NCBI RefSeq assembly: GCF_006345805.1
Contig: NC_043012.1
Span: 25,606,001 to 25,670,000, forward strand
Source of the DNA: Octopus sinensis
Taxonomy: Eukaryota
Length of the DNA stretch: 64,000 bases
Reading direction: 5' to 3'
The notes under the pieces are model-generated. The model saw nothing but the letters and a program-made list of their open reading frames with translations. It made no database searches and was not told the DNA's origin. The position numbers were made by a program, and so were the translations under genes. Below, one piece after another: positions 43,431 to 56,130 of the stretch. The first letter of the stretch is position 1, and each line of letters starts with the position of its first letter.

Positions 43431-43748
43431 GTATTATGTACGTATGTATGTATGTATGTATGTATATAAACCCTGAAACAATGCGGCTCACAAAATAGTT
43501 TAATGTCACTAATCATGAAATTTGTAAATATACTCATCTGTCTCTATGCAAAACCTCCTTCTACTCACAATTAGTATTGGGAGGGTGGGGGTCAGATCTG
43601 CTAGGTTTCTGTAAATGTCCTCTCTCAGTGACAATAGTGCTGCCCAGAATCTTTTGTTTCTCCCTTGTGGCTGGTTCTCTCTCACTTCATCTTTTTAAGA
43701 TGTGTTGTGATATAACTCCTACAAAGTATGCCGATTGTCTCTTTCTTT

Positions 43749-43794
<46 letters not shown>

Positions 43795-43807
43795 TGTGTG
43801 TGTGTGT

Positions 43808-43965
43808 GTGTGTGGTAAGTAGCTTGCTAACCAACCACATGGTTCCGGGTTCAGTCCCACTGCGTGGCATCTTGGGCAAATGTCTTCTGCTATAGCCCCG
43901 GGCCGACCAATGCCTTGTGAGTGGATTTGGTAGACGGAAACTGAAAGAAGCCTGTCGTATATATG

Positions 43966-43996
<31 letters not shown>

Positions 43997-44198
43997 ATGC
44001 CCCCCTAGCATTGCTTGACAACCGATGCTAGTGTGTTTACGTTCCCGTCACTTAGCGGTTCGGCAAAAGTGACCGATAGAATAAGTACTGGGCTTACAAA
44101 GAATAAGTCCCGGGGTCGATTTGCTCGACTAAAGGCGGTGCTCCAGCATGGCCGCAGTCAAATGACTGAAACAAGTAAAAGAGTAAAAGAGTAAAGAG
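43808..44198 (+). mobile_element. SINE family A, young copy
   Basis: Nearly identical to 19515-19919 over head, body and tail. The extreme 5' end merges into (TG)n. Confidence 0.92.
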
Positions 44199-45402
44199 TA
44201 TATATAAACTTACAAATACTTAGATTTATATTCGTGGTTGCAGATCCAAATTCACGCCTACATTTCTTCATTGTCTTTAGGGTACATTAGATGACTATTC
44301 CTTAGTCTATTTGTGCTATTTATCATTTTCACTACTAAACGAATCCATTTTCATTGTTGGATGTATCAGTAAATATAGAGATCACGATTATAACTTTCAC
44401 ACCTTACCAACGTGTTACTGGCATATAACCGTCTCGTATGCAAATGCTGTTAACAGTAGTGACAAATTTCACAGGACAAATATGTTTCTATAACTTCATT
44501 GAGAAAGATTCCCCCATCTCACTTTTCCAAACGTTGGTATTACTGTCACATATCATTATACTACTCTGCCGTAATATCGTTAGTTATTAAAACGTTGTTA
44601 ATTTTGACTAAAGTTTTAACAAGTATTTGTTTTGGTGCCTGTATACGAACGCAATCTCATCCACTCCTATTGGAATATATAATAGAACGACCTGTGTATG
44701 CGCACAACAATATATATATGTGTGTGTGTGTGTGCTTGTGTGTGTATGCGAGTGTCTGTGCGTATATATATCTATGCATATATGTAAATGCACACCGCAA
44801 CAGTAAAGGTATATTGGATATAGACGTATGGCTACTAATATTCATTTTTACTTCGAGGGCTTATATGCCTCAATATTAGACTATTTTCTATACCCATTAT
44901 ACGGTAAAGACTTATAAGCATAAATATATATACATATAAGAAGAAAAAAGAAAATGGAAATCATTTATTATTACCAGCAAATTAATCATAATCCCTTACA
45001 GCTGTTGCAATTGATGCTCAGTAAATATTAAGTTAATATCAAATTTATATGACCTGAGAATTATATCTTCAGGGGGCAAAAAATATACCCTTGGATGTTT
45101 TATGTGTGTTTATTGATCCATCATAACAAACTGAATATATATATATATATATATATATACAGACACACTTGTACAGGTATCTATATTTATATATGTATAA
45201 CTATGCATTGTTACTTACTCTTCACCTGCAAATTTGTTCGAAATACGAGATATAATATGCCTGAATGATTTCAAATTATGTGACCGATTTCGTACAGTAA
45301 CACACGACTTCTTTTCTAAAGATAACCCCCATACACTGTCTCTTCTGAACAATAACGCAAGCCCAGCTCGCATGCTTTCTTGAAGCTATACACTTTTATG
45401 CT

Positions 45403-45626
45403 AAGGTGGCGAGCTGGCAGAAACGTTAGCACGCCGAGCAAAATGCGTAGCTGTATTTCGTCTGCCGTTACGTTCTGAGTTCAAATTCCGCCGAGGTCGA
45501 CTTTGCCTGTCATCCTTTCGGGATCGATTAATTAAGTACCAGTTACGCACTGGGGTCGACTTAATCCGTTTGTCTGTCCTTGTTTGTCCCCTCTGAGTGT
45601 AGCCCCTTGTGGGTAGTAAAGAAATA
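45403..45626 (+). mobile_element. SINE family B (tRNA head plus conserved GTCGACTTTGCC...CATCCTTTCGGG...AAGTACCAG domain) with 16-bp TSD
   Basis: Flanked by TATACACTTTTATGCT (45387-45402) and TATACGCTTTTATGCT (45627-45642). B-box-like GAGTTCAAATTCC. From recall the central domain resembles the MetaSINE/MESC type (unverified). Confidence 0.9.
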
Positions 45627-45761
45627 TATACGCTTTTATGCTGTGTAGTGTGGTACGCACCATTACCTCGTCCATGTCAGTTTCTCTGATTGAAGATTAT
45701 GTACCTTTATACTCTTACATTCTAGATATAATTATGTTTAATAGGTAAAGTTTGTATTCTT

Positions 45762-46030
45762 TCGGTAAGGTCAAGAGATCGATTCCCGGTGACGCGTTGT
45801 GTCATTGGGCAGGATATCTTATTTCACGTTGCTCCAGTCAACTCAGCTCACAAGATATGAGTCGTATATGTATTTGAAACAGTCATACTTGTTACATTCT
45901 GAGGCACACTGAATCTCCTTGAGAACTACCTTGAGGGTAAGCGTGACTGTGGAGTACTCAGCACGTTCAATCCGACCCACAGGCCTGCTAAACTGGAACC
46001 CATTATCGCCGTAAACAAAGAAATACCACT
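45762..46030 (+). mobile_element. SINE family C
   Basis: GATCGATTCCCGG, GCGTTGTGTCATTGGGCAGG, TTTCACGTTGCTCCAG, CTGTGGAGTACTCAGC and AACTGGAACCC occur in order. Confidence 0.7.
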
Positions 46031-46347
46031 TAGGATCTTTCCGCTTAATAAATGTTGTATTCCACTGTTTATTGAAAACTGGATCTCATGTATATTTTAA
46101 TGTCTAAGGACATTAGGATCCCTGGCAAGACTGCCTAAATGACCTTCAAGGATAAGATTTACGGTGGAAATGGATGAAGGCCCCCGTTTGGTAATTCTGA
46201 TTTAGCGATTTTTATATATCAACTCTCTACATAAATAGATTGAGTAATTCATGAAATGTACGTAAGTCTTTCCTACTCCACAACTGCAAATGTTCTACGA
46301 TAACACACACACACATACACACACACACGCGCACACTCTCATCATTT

Positions 46348-46397
<50 letters not shown>

Positions 46398-46541
46398 GTA
46401 AATAGATAACTTTATGCATATATACATGTATACACCTATTTGGTTTGTGTCCGTGAATATGTGTTTATATGTATATATGTGTGTCTGTGTGCACACGCGT
46501 ATGTGTCTGTATCTATGCGTATATGCATTTATATATGTATG

Positions 46542-46589
<48 letters not shown>

Positions 46590-47199
46590 ACACTCATACA
46601 TTTCTACGTTTTCTATTGGTGTTACATTTCTGTGAATTCTTCGCTAATGAAGCCAATGTTGTAATCTAGAATCAATAATTCCATGCATATGGACCATTTT
46701 CCATCGTCTTTTACACTCATACTGTAATTGTTAATAGATCTGTCGCTGTTGTTGCAGCTTTTATAAAGCCATTTATTCGTTTTTGTTGTCGGTTTTTCTT
46801 GTCTTTGTGACATCATATCCTCGTTGCATTCAATATTCTTTTAACATTTACCATTTTCCTTTCATGATATTGTTCTATTGAAAACTGTTCTTTATTTACT
46901 AAATTTCATCTGAAACGGTTTAGGAGACCATATAACAAGAGCAGGAGCGGTGGGCATAACGAGAACGGCAGGGACGGTATTAGTTATAGTTAATGCCGTG
47001 GCAATGGTCGTTATGGTGGAATGAAAATGGCAGCAGCGATAAGATTGAAGCATATGTTGCGAGTGTTAGTTTACGAACAGGATTTTGAGAATATACTAAA
47101 CACAGCTGTGATAGATGTCATTTCGAGCCAACCAGTATAATATCACGCTCTCTTCAGAACACTAAACGATGCATCACGTATCTTTTTAAAATCGCCTTG

Positions 47200-49470
47200 A
47201 GGGTCGAATTGACAGAACGGTTCGACCCTTCGAAGAAATGTTATTCATTCTGATTCATCACATTCTAAGTCAAAATTCTAACTAGATCTACTTTGCATTT
47301 TCCCTTTCGGGGCTCTTAAAATTAAGCCAGACAAAATGCTGAGAGTTCATATTGCGCCGAGGTATACTCTTCTTTTCATTCTTTCGGTTCGAAGAAATAC
47401 CAGCTAAATAATGGGATCAATGCAATTGACTAACGCCTTTCTCCCTTGTGCCTTTACTCGAAACGATATTGTACTAATTTTATTCATATCCTATAAGGTG
47501 GTGAGCTAGTAGATCGTTAATGTGTTGGGCAAAAAGTTTTCCCGCATTCCTTACTTTCTGAGTTCAAATTCCATCGGAGGCACCTTTAACATTCATTCTC
47601 TCTGGGTGAAGAAGCTAGTCAAGATCCGGATAGATGTAATCAATATTCACCCTCCCCTCAAAACTGCTGGCAAGATTCCAAAATTGTAAATATTTATTTG
47701 TATATGATTACTGAGCGACATAATATGAAACAACAAAAGTTCTTAGTTTAATGCATTTAAAGGCTTTACACTAATAAGTCCGCTGTACATATATGTTAGG
47801 CGGTTAGTGCCGAGTACACAGTGTACACGATATCTATCGCAGAGTGCATCAAGGTGCGGAGTTAAATTGCCAATTATCCTCCTGGGATTAGATACATCGA
47901 GTGAACAGCTAACATCACAGCCTCATTATCATTTATTGTCAATTATGTACCCAGCAGACCAGAAATAAAATATGCACTCAAAAACGGGCGTGTAATGGCC
48001 AGCGGTTATATTTCCAATGAAAGTCGTGTGTTTGAATATTTCGCGAAATAAATCTGTAAAACGACGTTGTAAAACCTATTTATGTTAAGACAAACAAACA
48101 AAAGCAAAATGACTTACAGTATTATTAAATGTCGCCTGCTTTGATTTCGATATAAAAGACTAGTCTGTAGGGTAAAATTTTGCTGTCAGTGTTGATTTAA
48201 GGTTCCCAGAGGAGGGACATTTTCGAAATATGGTTTTACACTCGTAGTAGCATGTATTGCTATCAATTAAACGTTGCATTATAAACCAGAACAAATATTG
48301 ATCAATGATATTAATCTACTTATGTGTTCGATTTCGATAGAAATAAGCGCATATCAATAACGAAATTAGTTGATCATATTTCAGCCCTCCTTCTTTGGCT
48401 ATATTTCGCAAGAACAACTTGTGTATACAATCGTTCATGAAGGAAGAGAAAAACTGCAGGTTCTTTATACATTTATAATATTAGTAATTCTGTCAGCTCG
48501 TGGAATTTTTTACGACATTAAGGATATATTATTTAGTAAAGCTTATCTGCACACTTACTGTGGCAGTCCTAGTTAGGACGAATGCTACTGTTACTTAGCT
48601 GCAGGAAACATCGTCTCCAGCTGGCTATACGTCACACTGTGTCCTTATTTTTTCGAACACAGCTGTGCCTCGTTCGAAGATATAAGGACACAGATAATGT
48701 GTCGTATAGCCAACTGGAGGCAATGTTCCTGGGGCTAAATAGCAGTAGCATTCGTCCTAACCAGGACTGCCACATAATGTTGGCAAATAATCTATACTTT
48801 AGAGTACTGTTTCTCAATGTCTCTCGTTGAGGATTTAGAAATAATTTGTCTATTGATATATTATTTCTTACTATAAAATGCCAGCAAGCTGGCCTAATCA
48901 TTGCTCCCTTGGACAAGATACTTAACAGCGTTTCGTCCGTCTTTCGGGATTGAGAAATAAAGTACAAGTTAATCACTGGGGACGATCTAATCAAGTTAGT
49001 TCCATCTCCCAAATATTGCTAGCCTTGTGTCAAAATTTAAAGCATTTTCTCTTACGGTATTAAGGTGGCTAGCTGGCACGCCGAACACAATTGTCAGCAG
49101 CACTTCCTCTGCGTTCAAATTCCGCTGAGGTCGACTTTGTCTTTCATCTTTTTGGGATCTGTGTAATAAGTACCGGTTGAGCACTGAGGTGGACTAATCA
49201 ACTATACGCATCTCCTAAAAGAATCTATGTCTTGTACTATAGTAGGAAGAATTATTTATTAGTGTATATGAAGACGGCAAGAAAGGACAATCGTTAGGCG
49301 TCGGAAAAATTGTTCAGCAACAATTCTATCGGCTCTTTGCGTTCTGATTTCAAATCTTGCCAAAGTTACCTTCGGTTTTCATTATTTTTGAGTTGATAAA
49401 ATATGTACCTGGTGCTCACTCTGTAATACTCCAAATCTTTTACCCAAAAGCTGCTGTAGTTGTGCCTACT
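47200..49470 (+). mobile_element. Cluster of co-oriented degenerate SINE family B copies (about 47200-47440, 47495-47690, 48930-49043, 49062-49240, 49271-49470)
   Basis: Recurrent AAGGTGG..AGCT heads, TTC(T/A)GAGTTCAAAT boxes and GTACC/GATAAAAT cores. Confidence 0.65.
48559..48774. mobile_element. Palindromic (fold-back) MITE, 216 bp
   Basis: Arms of about 100 bp (48559-48658 and 48672-48774) are reverse complements along their whole length around a 13-nt loop. The termini are TGTGGCAGTCC...GGACTGCCACA, with TA on the right flank. Confidence 0.85.
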
Positions 49471-50014
49471 TTTGACCTCATTAATTCTTATTTATTCAGA
49501 AAGTGCACAGAAATATAGATATTCCGCTTAACATTATGAAATGCTTACCTAGCAAACCGTGCGGAGAATAACTGCTTTTGCTACTAGGTCCAGTTATTAA
49601 ATAGCAGCCACACATTTTGCTCTTGACCAATTTATATAAGAACGCTGTTCAGCTACTGGTATTTTTGAAGGACAGATCTACACTACACCATTTAAAAAAA
49701 AAAGATATAAACCATTATATTTTGGGCGCCGAGTAAATGTTTGGTAGCAAAGGCACTTCATGATTTATACAGATTTGACCAGTAACGTCGTGTGTTCAAA
49801 TTACATCTAAACCTAATTGGTACATATCTCAGTGTATCAAGAGATATTGCCCTTGATTCAACCGATATCAAATCAATTTAGTTTGTTTTAAATTAACAGC
49901 GTATGATGTGGTGCCCAAGCGTCAACGTGGTGTTCCTACACCAACGTGGTGCCCCAGCATGGCTGCAGTCTAATGACTGAAAGAAAAGATAAAACAAAAC
50001 ATGATCTCAGATGA

Positions 50015-50067
50015 AAGATAAGAATACCGTAGTGTGACACTGTGGCACACTACGGTATTCTTATCTT
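50015..50067. repeat. Perfect 22-bp inverted repeat with a 9-nt loop
   Basis: AAGATAAGAATACCGTAGTGTG-ACACTGTGG-CACACTACGGTATTCTTATCTT. Confidence 0.97.
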
Positions 50068-50280
50068 CCTTATTATAGGACTGTCACAATAGGACACCTT
50101 ATAATAGGACATTTCATAATATAATGTAGGACACCTTATAATATAATATAGGACACCTTATAATAGGACATCTTATAATAATATAATGTAATAGTACACC
50201 TTATAATAGGACACCTCATAATAGGACACCCTATAATAGGACACCTTATAATAGGACACTTATCTTCCTTATAATAGGAC
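50060..50280. repeat. Irregular 15-bp minisatellite (ATAATAGGACACCTT) bracketed by 22-bp direct repeats
   Basis: About 12 TAG(G/T)AC-centred units. CTTATCTTCCTTAT(T/A)ATAGGAC occurs at 50060-50081 and 50259-50280. Confidence 0.9.
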
Positions 50281-50763
50281 AGTGGTACATTTCGATACGG
50301 ATGTTGTCGTCCCTCGGTAGCGACATGAATACGCGAACTAGCGTTTGTTCATAAAAGGCACGAACATCAAACAAAGGGTACACAGGAAGTAATGATGAAT
50401 CGTTTGTGATAAATCCTATTTATTGTTTAAGTGTTTAAATATGGCCTACGTGTCCTCTTATTGTTTCGATTTTATTTCTGATTTTATTTCAGTTAGTAAT
50501 TTAATGTGATTTCGCTGATTAACGAGAACGAAGAAAAATGATCATAAAGATTACGAGGACGATAGTGTTGATGATGATGAGGCGGAGGAGGGGGGCGGGG
50601 CGGAGGAGGGGGGCGGAAGGAAGGAAGGAGATGAGGGTGACAGCGACAATGATGGTAAAGGTAGGTGACGGTACAGGTGGTGGTACTGCTATTGATGAAG
50701 ATAATGATGACGATGACATGAATGGTAACGGTGGTGGGCGATGATGATGACAACGATGATGAA

Positions 50764-50810
<47 letters not shown>

Positions 50811-51304
50811 CAATGGCGTGTTAAAAGTGAAACATGATAATGTTAATATCTCGGTCATTCGTGAAATGAAATGTTTTTCAATTTGTCGTGTTTTGGTCAA
50901 GAATATAATAAGCAAACCTTAGTGGCAGAATTTTAATAAAAAAAAAAATGAAAAAAAAAGAAAAACTAATAAAAAAATAAAATAAGAAAGATATAAAAAG
51001 CAACACCATTCATTTTATTAATATTTTGTAACAATAAAATGACCACCTCCACTCTCTTTTCTACAAAATATCGTATTCAAATTTTGTCGGTGTAACTCCT
51101 ATGTTAACAATGTTTGAGCAGTCAAAATGATTTGATCGTTCTAGATACTGTTTTTTAGTATATTGTTTAGCCTTTCTGACTCTTTGTGCTATTGTTACGA
51201 CGGTTCAACTTCAAAGGTGACGGATTAGGCCGGTATTTGTCGACACTTCAACGATTAAATAGATTCGATCAATTTCTGATTTCGGTGGGTTATATAAAAA
51301 CTGG

Positions 51305-51555
51305 AACTCCATCGGTTACTAAGACAGGGGTTCCAGTTGATCCTATCAACGGAGTAGTCTGTTCGTGGAGTTAACGTGCAACTAGCTGAGCACTCCACAG
51401 AAAAGCATACACTTAAACGCGGTTCTCAGCTCAATCGGGTTCTCAGGGAGATACAGCCTATTCTTTGAAATACAGGCACGCCTCATTTTTGCTAGCTAAG
51501 TGACCTGGAGCAACGGGAAATACAATGTCTTGCTCAAGAACACAACGTGACACCT
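51305..51555 (-). mobile_element. SINE family C (CTTGAGCAAGACA...GTTGCTCCAG core)
   Basis: Minus strand reads GTTGTGTTCTTGAGCAAGACATTG...GTTGCTCCAGG...CTGTGGAGTGCTCAGC...GATCAACTGGAACCC. Confidence 0.7.
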
Positions 51556-51721
51556 GGGTGTGTTGCATAGATGGTTCGTGAATCGAAAAAGTGTCAGTTC
51601 CGCGAATAAATCTGCCTTAAAAGACAATGCTTTTATGGGATTTATAAGACCACTTCTGCGGTCTCCATAGCATGACCAAGATCACGGGATTTTCTCGATT
51701 GCATCGACGACATTACTTAAC

Positions 51722-51850
51722 TAGTGCTCTGTTTTATCGACCGAGATGGGATAATAGACAAAGTTGAATTCAGCGAATTTGAACTCACAACTTAAAGAAC
51801 TAGAGAAAAATGTCACTAAGTACGTTATCCGACACGTTAGTGTTTTGCCA
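51722..51850 (-). mobile_element. Degenerate SINE family B (others at about 34555-34715 plus and 33980-34090 minus)
   Basis: TTTTATCGACC...GACAAAGTTGA...GAATTTGAACTC is the reverse complement of the core and B box. Confidence 0.6.
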
Positions 51851-52611
51851 TCGCGTTGCATTCAAAAACAAATTAAGTATATACTTTAAATGAAATAATA
51901 AATACGTTCCAATAATAAGGTACGTATGGAATGCCTTGTCACATAGATTGAGTTCCTTTTCGTCTATGATGAAACCGTCAGTCTCTCACATAAACATCAG
52001 TCTCTAAAAGTGAGTTTTGAAATAACATGGTGCTCGGGATAACCGTTTGCCAGCTCAAATCTCGCGTAGGCGAGATATCTAAGTCAAGGTTCTTATTTAC
52101 TTAAAATTCTTGAAGGTAAAGAAGTCCGCACATGAATGAGGAAATACGACTAACAAAAGACAACTCCTTTCCCCAAAGCAAAAACAATAAGAAATTCTTG
52201 CACATATACTTGAAGAAATTACCTTAATCCATACCTATATTTCTGAACAGGTGCAGTAGAAGTACGTAACTATATAAACAAAAATGAAAGCTAACACACA
52301 AAAGAAAATACTCATACGTTCATGTATATAATAAAAATAATGCATGTGTACATGTAAATACTTATGTTGTCTCTCTGTGTGTGTGTTAAATAAACTATGT
52401 TATCAACATATATCTATGGTATGTTTATCTCATCGTCTACTGATATTCATGGCTTCCCATTCTTGAAACCGAACTTGTCTGTCTACCTACCTATACCTAC
52501 CTGTCTACTTAACTACCTATATATTTATTTACTATAATTGCCATTTAACTACCTTCCTTTGAAGCTATGTGTCGGTCCGTATGTCTATTTATCTACACAC
52601 ACACACATTCG

Positions 52612-52642
<31 letters not shown>

Positions 52643-52651
52643 TATATATAT

Positions 52652-52686
<35 letters not shown>

Positions 52687-52697
52687 CTATATATATG

Positions 52698-52762
<65 letters not shown>

Positions 52763-52802
52763 TATACATATATATAATATATATTATATATATATATATA
52801 TG

Positions 52803-52848
<46 letters not shown>

Positions 52849-53380
52849 CGCAGCGCACATATGCATATGCATATATACATATTTAAGGATACAGATGTAA
52901 ATATGACTATAGATACGTGCTTGATTATATATTTACTTCTAATATGGTCCCTTTCTCATTCTTACCCTGTCTCTCTCTCTATATGTATGTATGTATATAT
53001 GCATATTTCGTGAGTTATTGGTACTTCTTAGCGCTATGTATAGATATATAGACATGTACATGTCTTTATATTTATATATGCACAAACACGCACGCAAAGG
53101 GAGAAGGAAAGAATAAGAGAGAGACAACGAGAGAGAGAACTGTGTGCTTGTGTGCGTGTGTATGTATGAGTGTGTGTACGCGCACACATGAATTGGCACC
53201 CATATTTGTTAATATAAAAATCACTAAATACCTCTTATGATTGTTTGATAGTCTAATGCCAGAACTAGTGAGACGTGAACTTAGTTACGCTTTTATAAAC
53301 TTTTAACATTTTTATACATACATACAGACATACACACGAACACGAGTACATCTATCTATCTACCTACCTATCTATCTATC

Positions 53381-53453
<73 letters not shown>

Positions 53454-53454
53454 G

Positions 53455-53492
<38 letters not shown>

Positions 53493-53505
53493 CATCTATC
53501 TATCC

Positions 53506-53560
<55 letters not shown>

Positions 53561-53564
53561 CATC

Positions 53565-53600
<36 letters not shown>

Positions 53601-53709
53601 AAACACATACACACACATTTATATATATGCACACATATGTATAAATATGTACGAGTTTGTGTGTATGTATATGTTTAGGTGTGTATCGAGAAAACGTTTG
53701 ATATCTATA

Positions 53710-53740
<31 letters not shown>

Positions 53741-53800
53741 ATATATATATATATCTATATATATATATATTTACACATATATTTCTGCACACCTTCATGC

Positions 53801-53841
<41 letters not shown>

Positions 53842-55158
53842 ATATATATATATATATATGCACATACATATATATATATACACACATACACAGAAACATG
53901 GAAACACACATTGCATGTGTACATATGAGAAGGAGATCCATCTAGAAATTCTTTCTTACTCTTTGAAGTCTGTCGATGATTTGTAAGAATTTGATTTTGT
54001 TTATATCATGATAGCAGGAATTGAAATCTTCAATATTTTTTGCTCGTAGTATTTCCCATTCCCAACATCCCATGTTCTTCACTGCTCAATTATATCAAAG
54101 ATTTGCATATATATTTTCTATTTTCAATAAGATAACAGTTATTTATTGTTTTATGTATACAGACATACATATATATCTACACACACATATATATATATAT
54201 ATACACACACACACACCACACACACACACACACACATATATATATTATATATATATATATATATGCATATATATATATATATATGCATATATATATATAT
54301 ACATATATGTATACCTACTTGTATATAGATGTATAAATATATACAAGTATACAAACATTTATATATGTATGCAATATATATGTTTATATTTATACATATA
54401 TGTGTGTGTGTGTGTATACATAATACACACACGCACATATATATATATATGTATATGTTTGTATGTATGTATGTATGTATCTATGTATGTATGTATGTAT
54501 GTATGTATGTATGTATGTATGTATGTATGTATGTATGCGGCAGGTTCCATTGAAATTTATGTTGCAGCCTTAGCTGTACCGTAAATTTATTTTTGTAATT
54601 TCAAGACAACTACGGCTTGCACCAGTGGACTGATATTTTAGGCTATTACATAGGCACCCTGCAGTATTTCCTTTGCAATTATGTAGATGCATATAGCTAT
54701 TTCAAGCACTAATATCTATTCTGTTTGTAGAAATACATGGTCATCTTTGGGAAGATAAATAAGTTTTTACTTTCTATTTCAAATATTTTACAGCTGTATA
54801 ATCACCTTATTTTATACTTTTGGTATCTTATACATTATTCGCAATTGCATTTATCGTTTGGATATAGGGATATTTGCTATTTTATTCGTATATGACCATA
54901 CATGTTGTTTGTAGATATAGATATTTTGTGCTAAGAAATTGCTCGCCACCCTCTACATTGTAAACTATAGTTGTATCACTATCCAATAACAACCTGTTAT
55001 TCTATATTTCCTAGTCATATAATAGATTTTTTGCTTCATTGTTCTATATCCTACAAACATCAGTAACAATACGATCGGTGATATTGAAATTGTGGAATTT
55101 TAACCGGAAAATACTTACATGTGTGTTTGTATGTATGTATGGATTTATGTATGTATGT

Positions 55159-55303
55159 AAGGTAAACGACTTGGTGCAGTTTGTCTACCTGGGAAGCACT
55201 GTTAATACATATAGCAATTTGGATAATGAAATTCCATACAGAATTCGGAAAGGCGTGTGTACTGTTTTCTCTTCTTTATGCTTGCGAGACATGGGTCACA
55301 TAT
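55159..55303 (+). pseudogene. RTE-clade LINE fragment (RT C-terminal region)
   Basis: KVNDLVQFVYLGSTVNTYSNLDNEIPYRIRK, then in a shifted frame ACETWVTY. These match the RTE motifs FxYLGS...EIxxRIxK and LYxCETW. Confidence 0.75.
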
Positions 55304-55526
55304 GGATAACATTCTTAACCAACGGGAACGTTTCCATCATATGTCACAGACGGATCTATGGCATTAACTCAACCTTTTAATTAAATACCACTAACCCCCC
55401 ACACATCCCTTACACCATTCACATTACATAATTATATCTACCCTAATTGCACCAAATCCAGAACTACTTACCTCTCTTACACATAATCTTTTTACTCAGG
55501 AACTATTAGACCCGACACCGTACACA

Positions 55527-55553
55527 ATGATTAGTAAGTTTACGAAACCGGTA
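55527..55553 (+). ncRNA. Hammerhead-like motif with poorly supported helix I
   Basis: ATGATTA-GTAAGTTTAC-GAAA-CCGG-TA. Helix II (GTA/TAC) and palindromic helix III are intact, but helix I has only 2 bp. A C/A-rich tract precedes it (about 55380-55520). Confidence 0.4.
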
Positions 55554-55755
55554 TGCTTTTGAATCTCTTTAACAATTCACAATGATGACTTTTATTACTT
55601 TTATTCCTACCTCAGTTCATCTATTGTATATATCTATCGTTACTTTTCATAAAAAGCCTTAACATTTATTTGATTTCCAACGGGCATTATTTTTCTTCTT
55701 ACTTTCCCCTTACATTTACACGTGTAGATTATTTTTATAATTTTGTAACATATTT

Positions 55756-55797
<42 letters not shown>

Positions 55798-56083
55798 AGA
55801 TAAGAAAATGGAGAAATACATCTAAATCAAATATCAATTACCAGATAATACTCAATCACATACTTTATTAAACCACCACATAATAGACTGTAGGGTTAAA
55901 TATAAAAAGCAGAACAAATCAGTGTACATAAAGAATGTACATAAAAAGTGTACATAAAATAGTAATGTTGTATAATAAGTAGAATATATATAAAAGAGTA
56001 TATAAATATAAGTAAATATAAATATAGATTATAAGTATATAAGTATAGATTACATCTTACAGCTGTTTCGGCCTTGTTGATAA

Positions 56084-56130
<47 letters not shown>

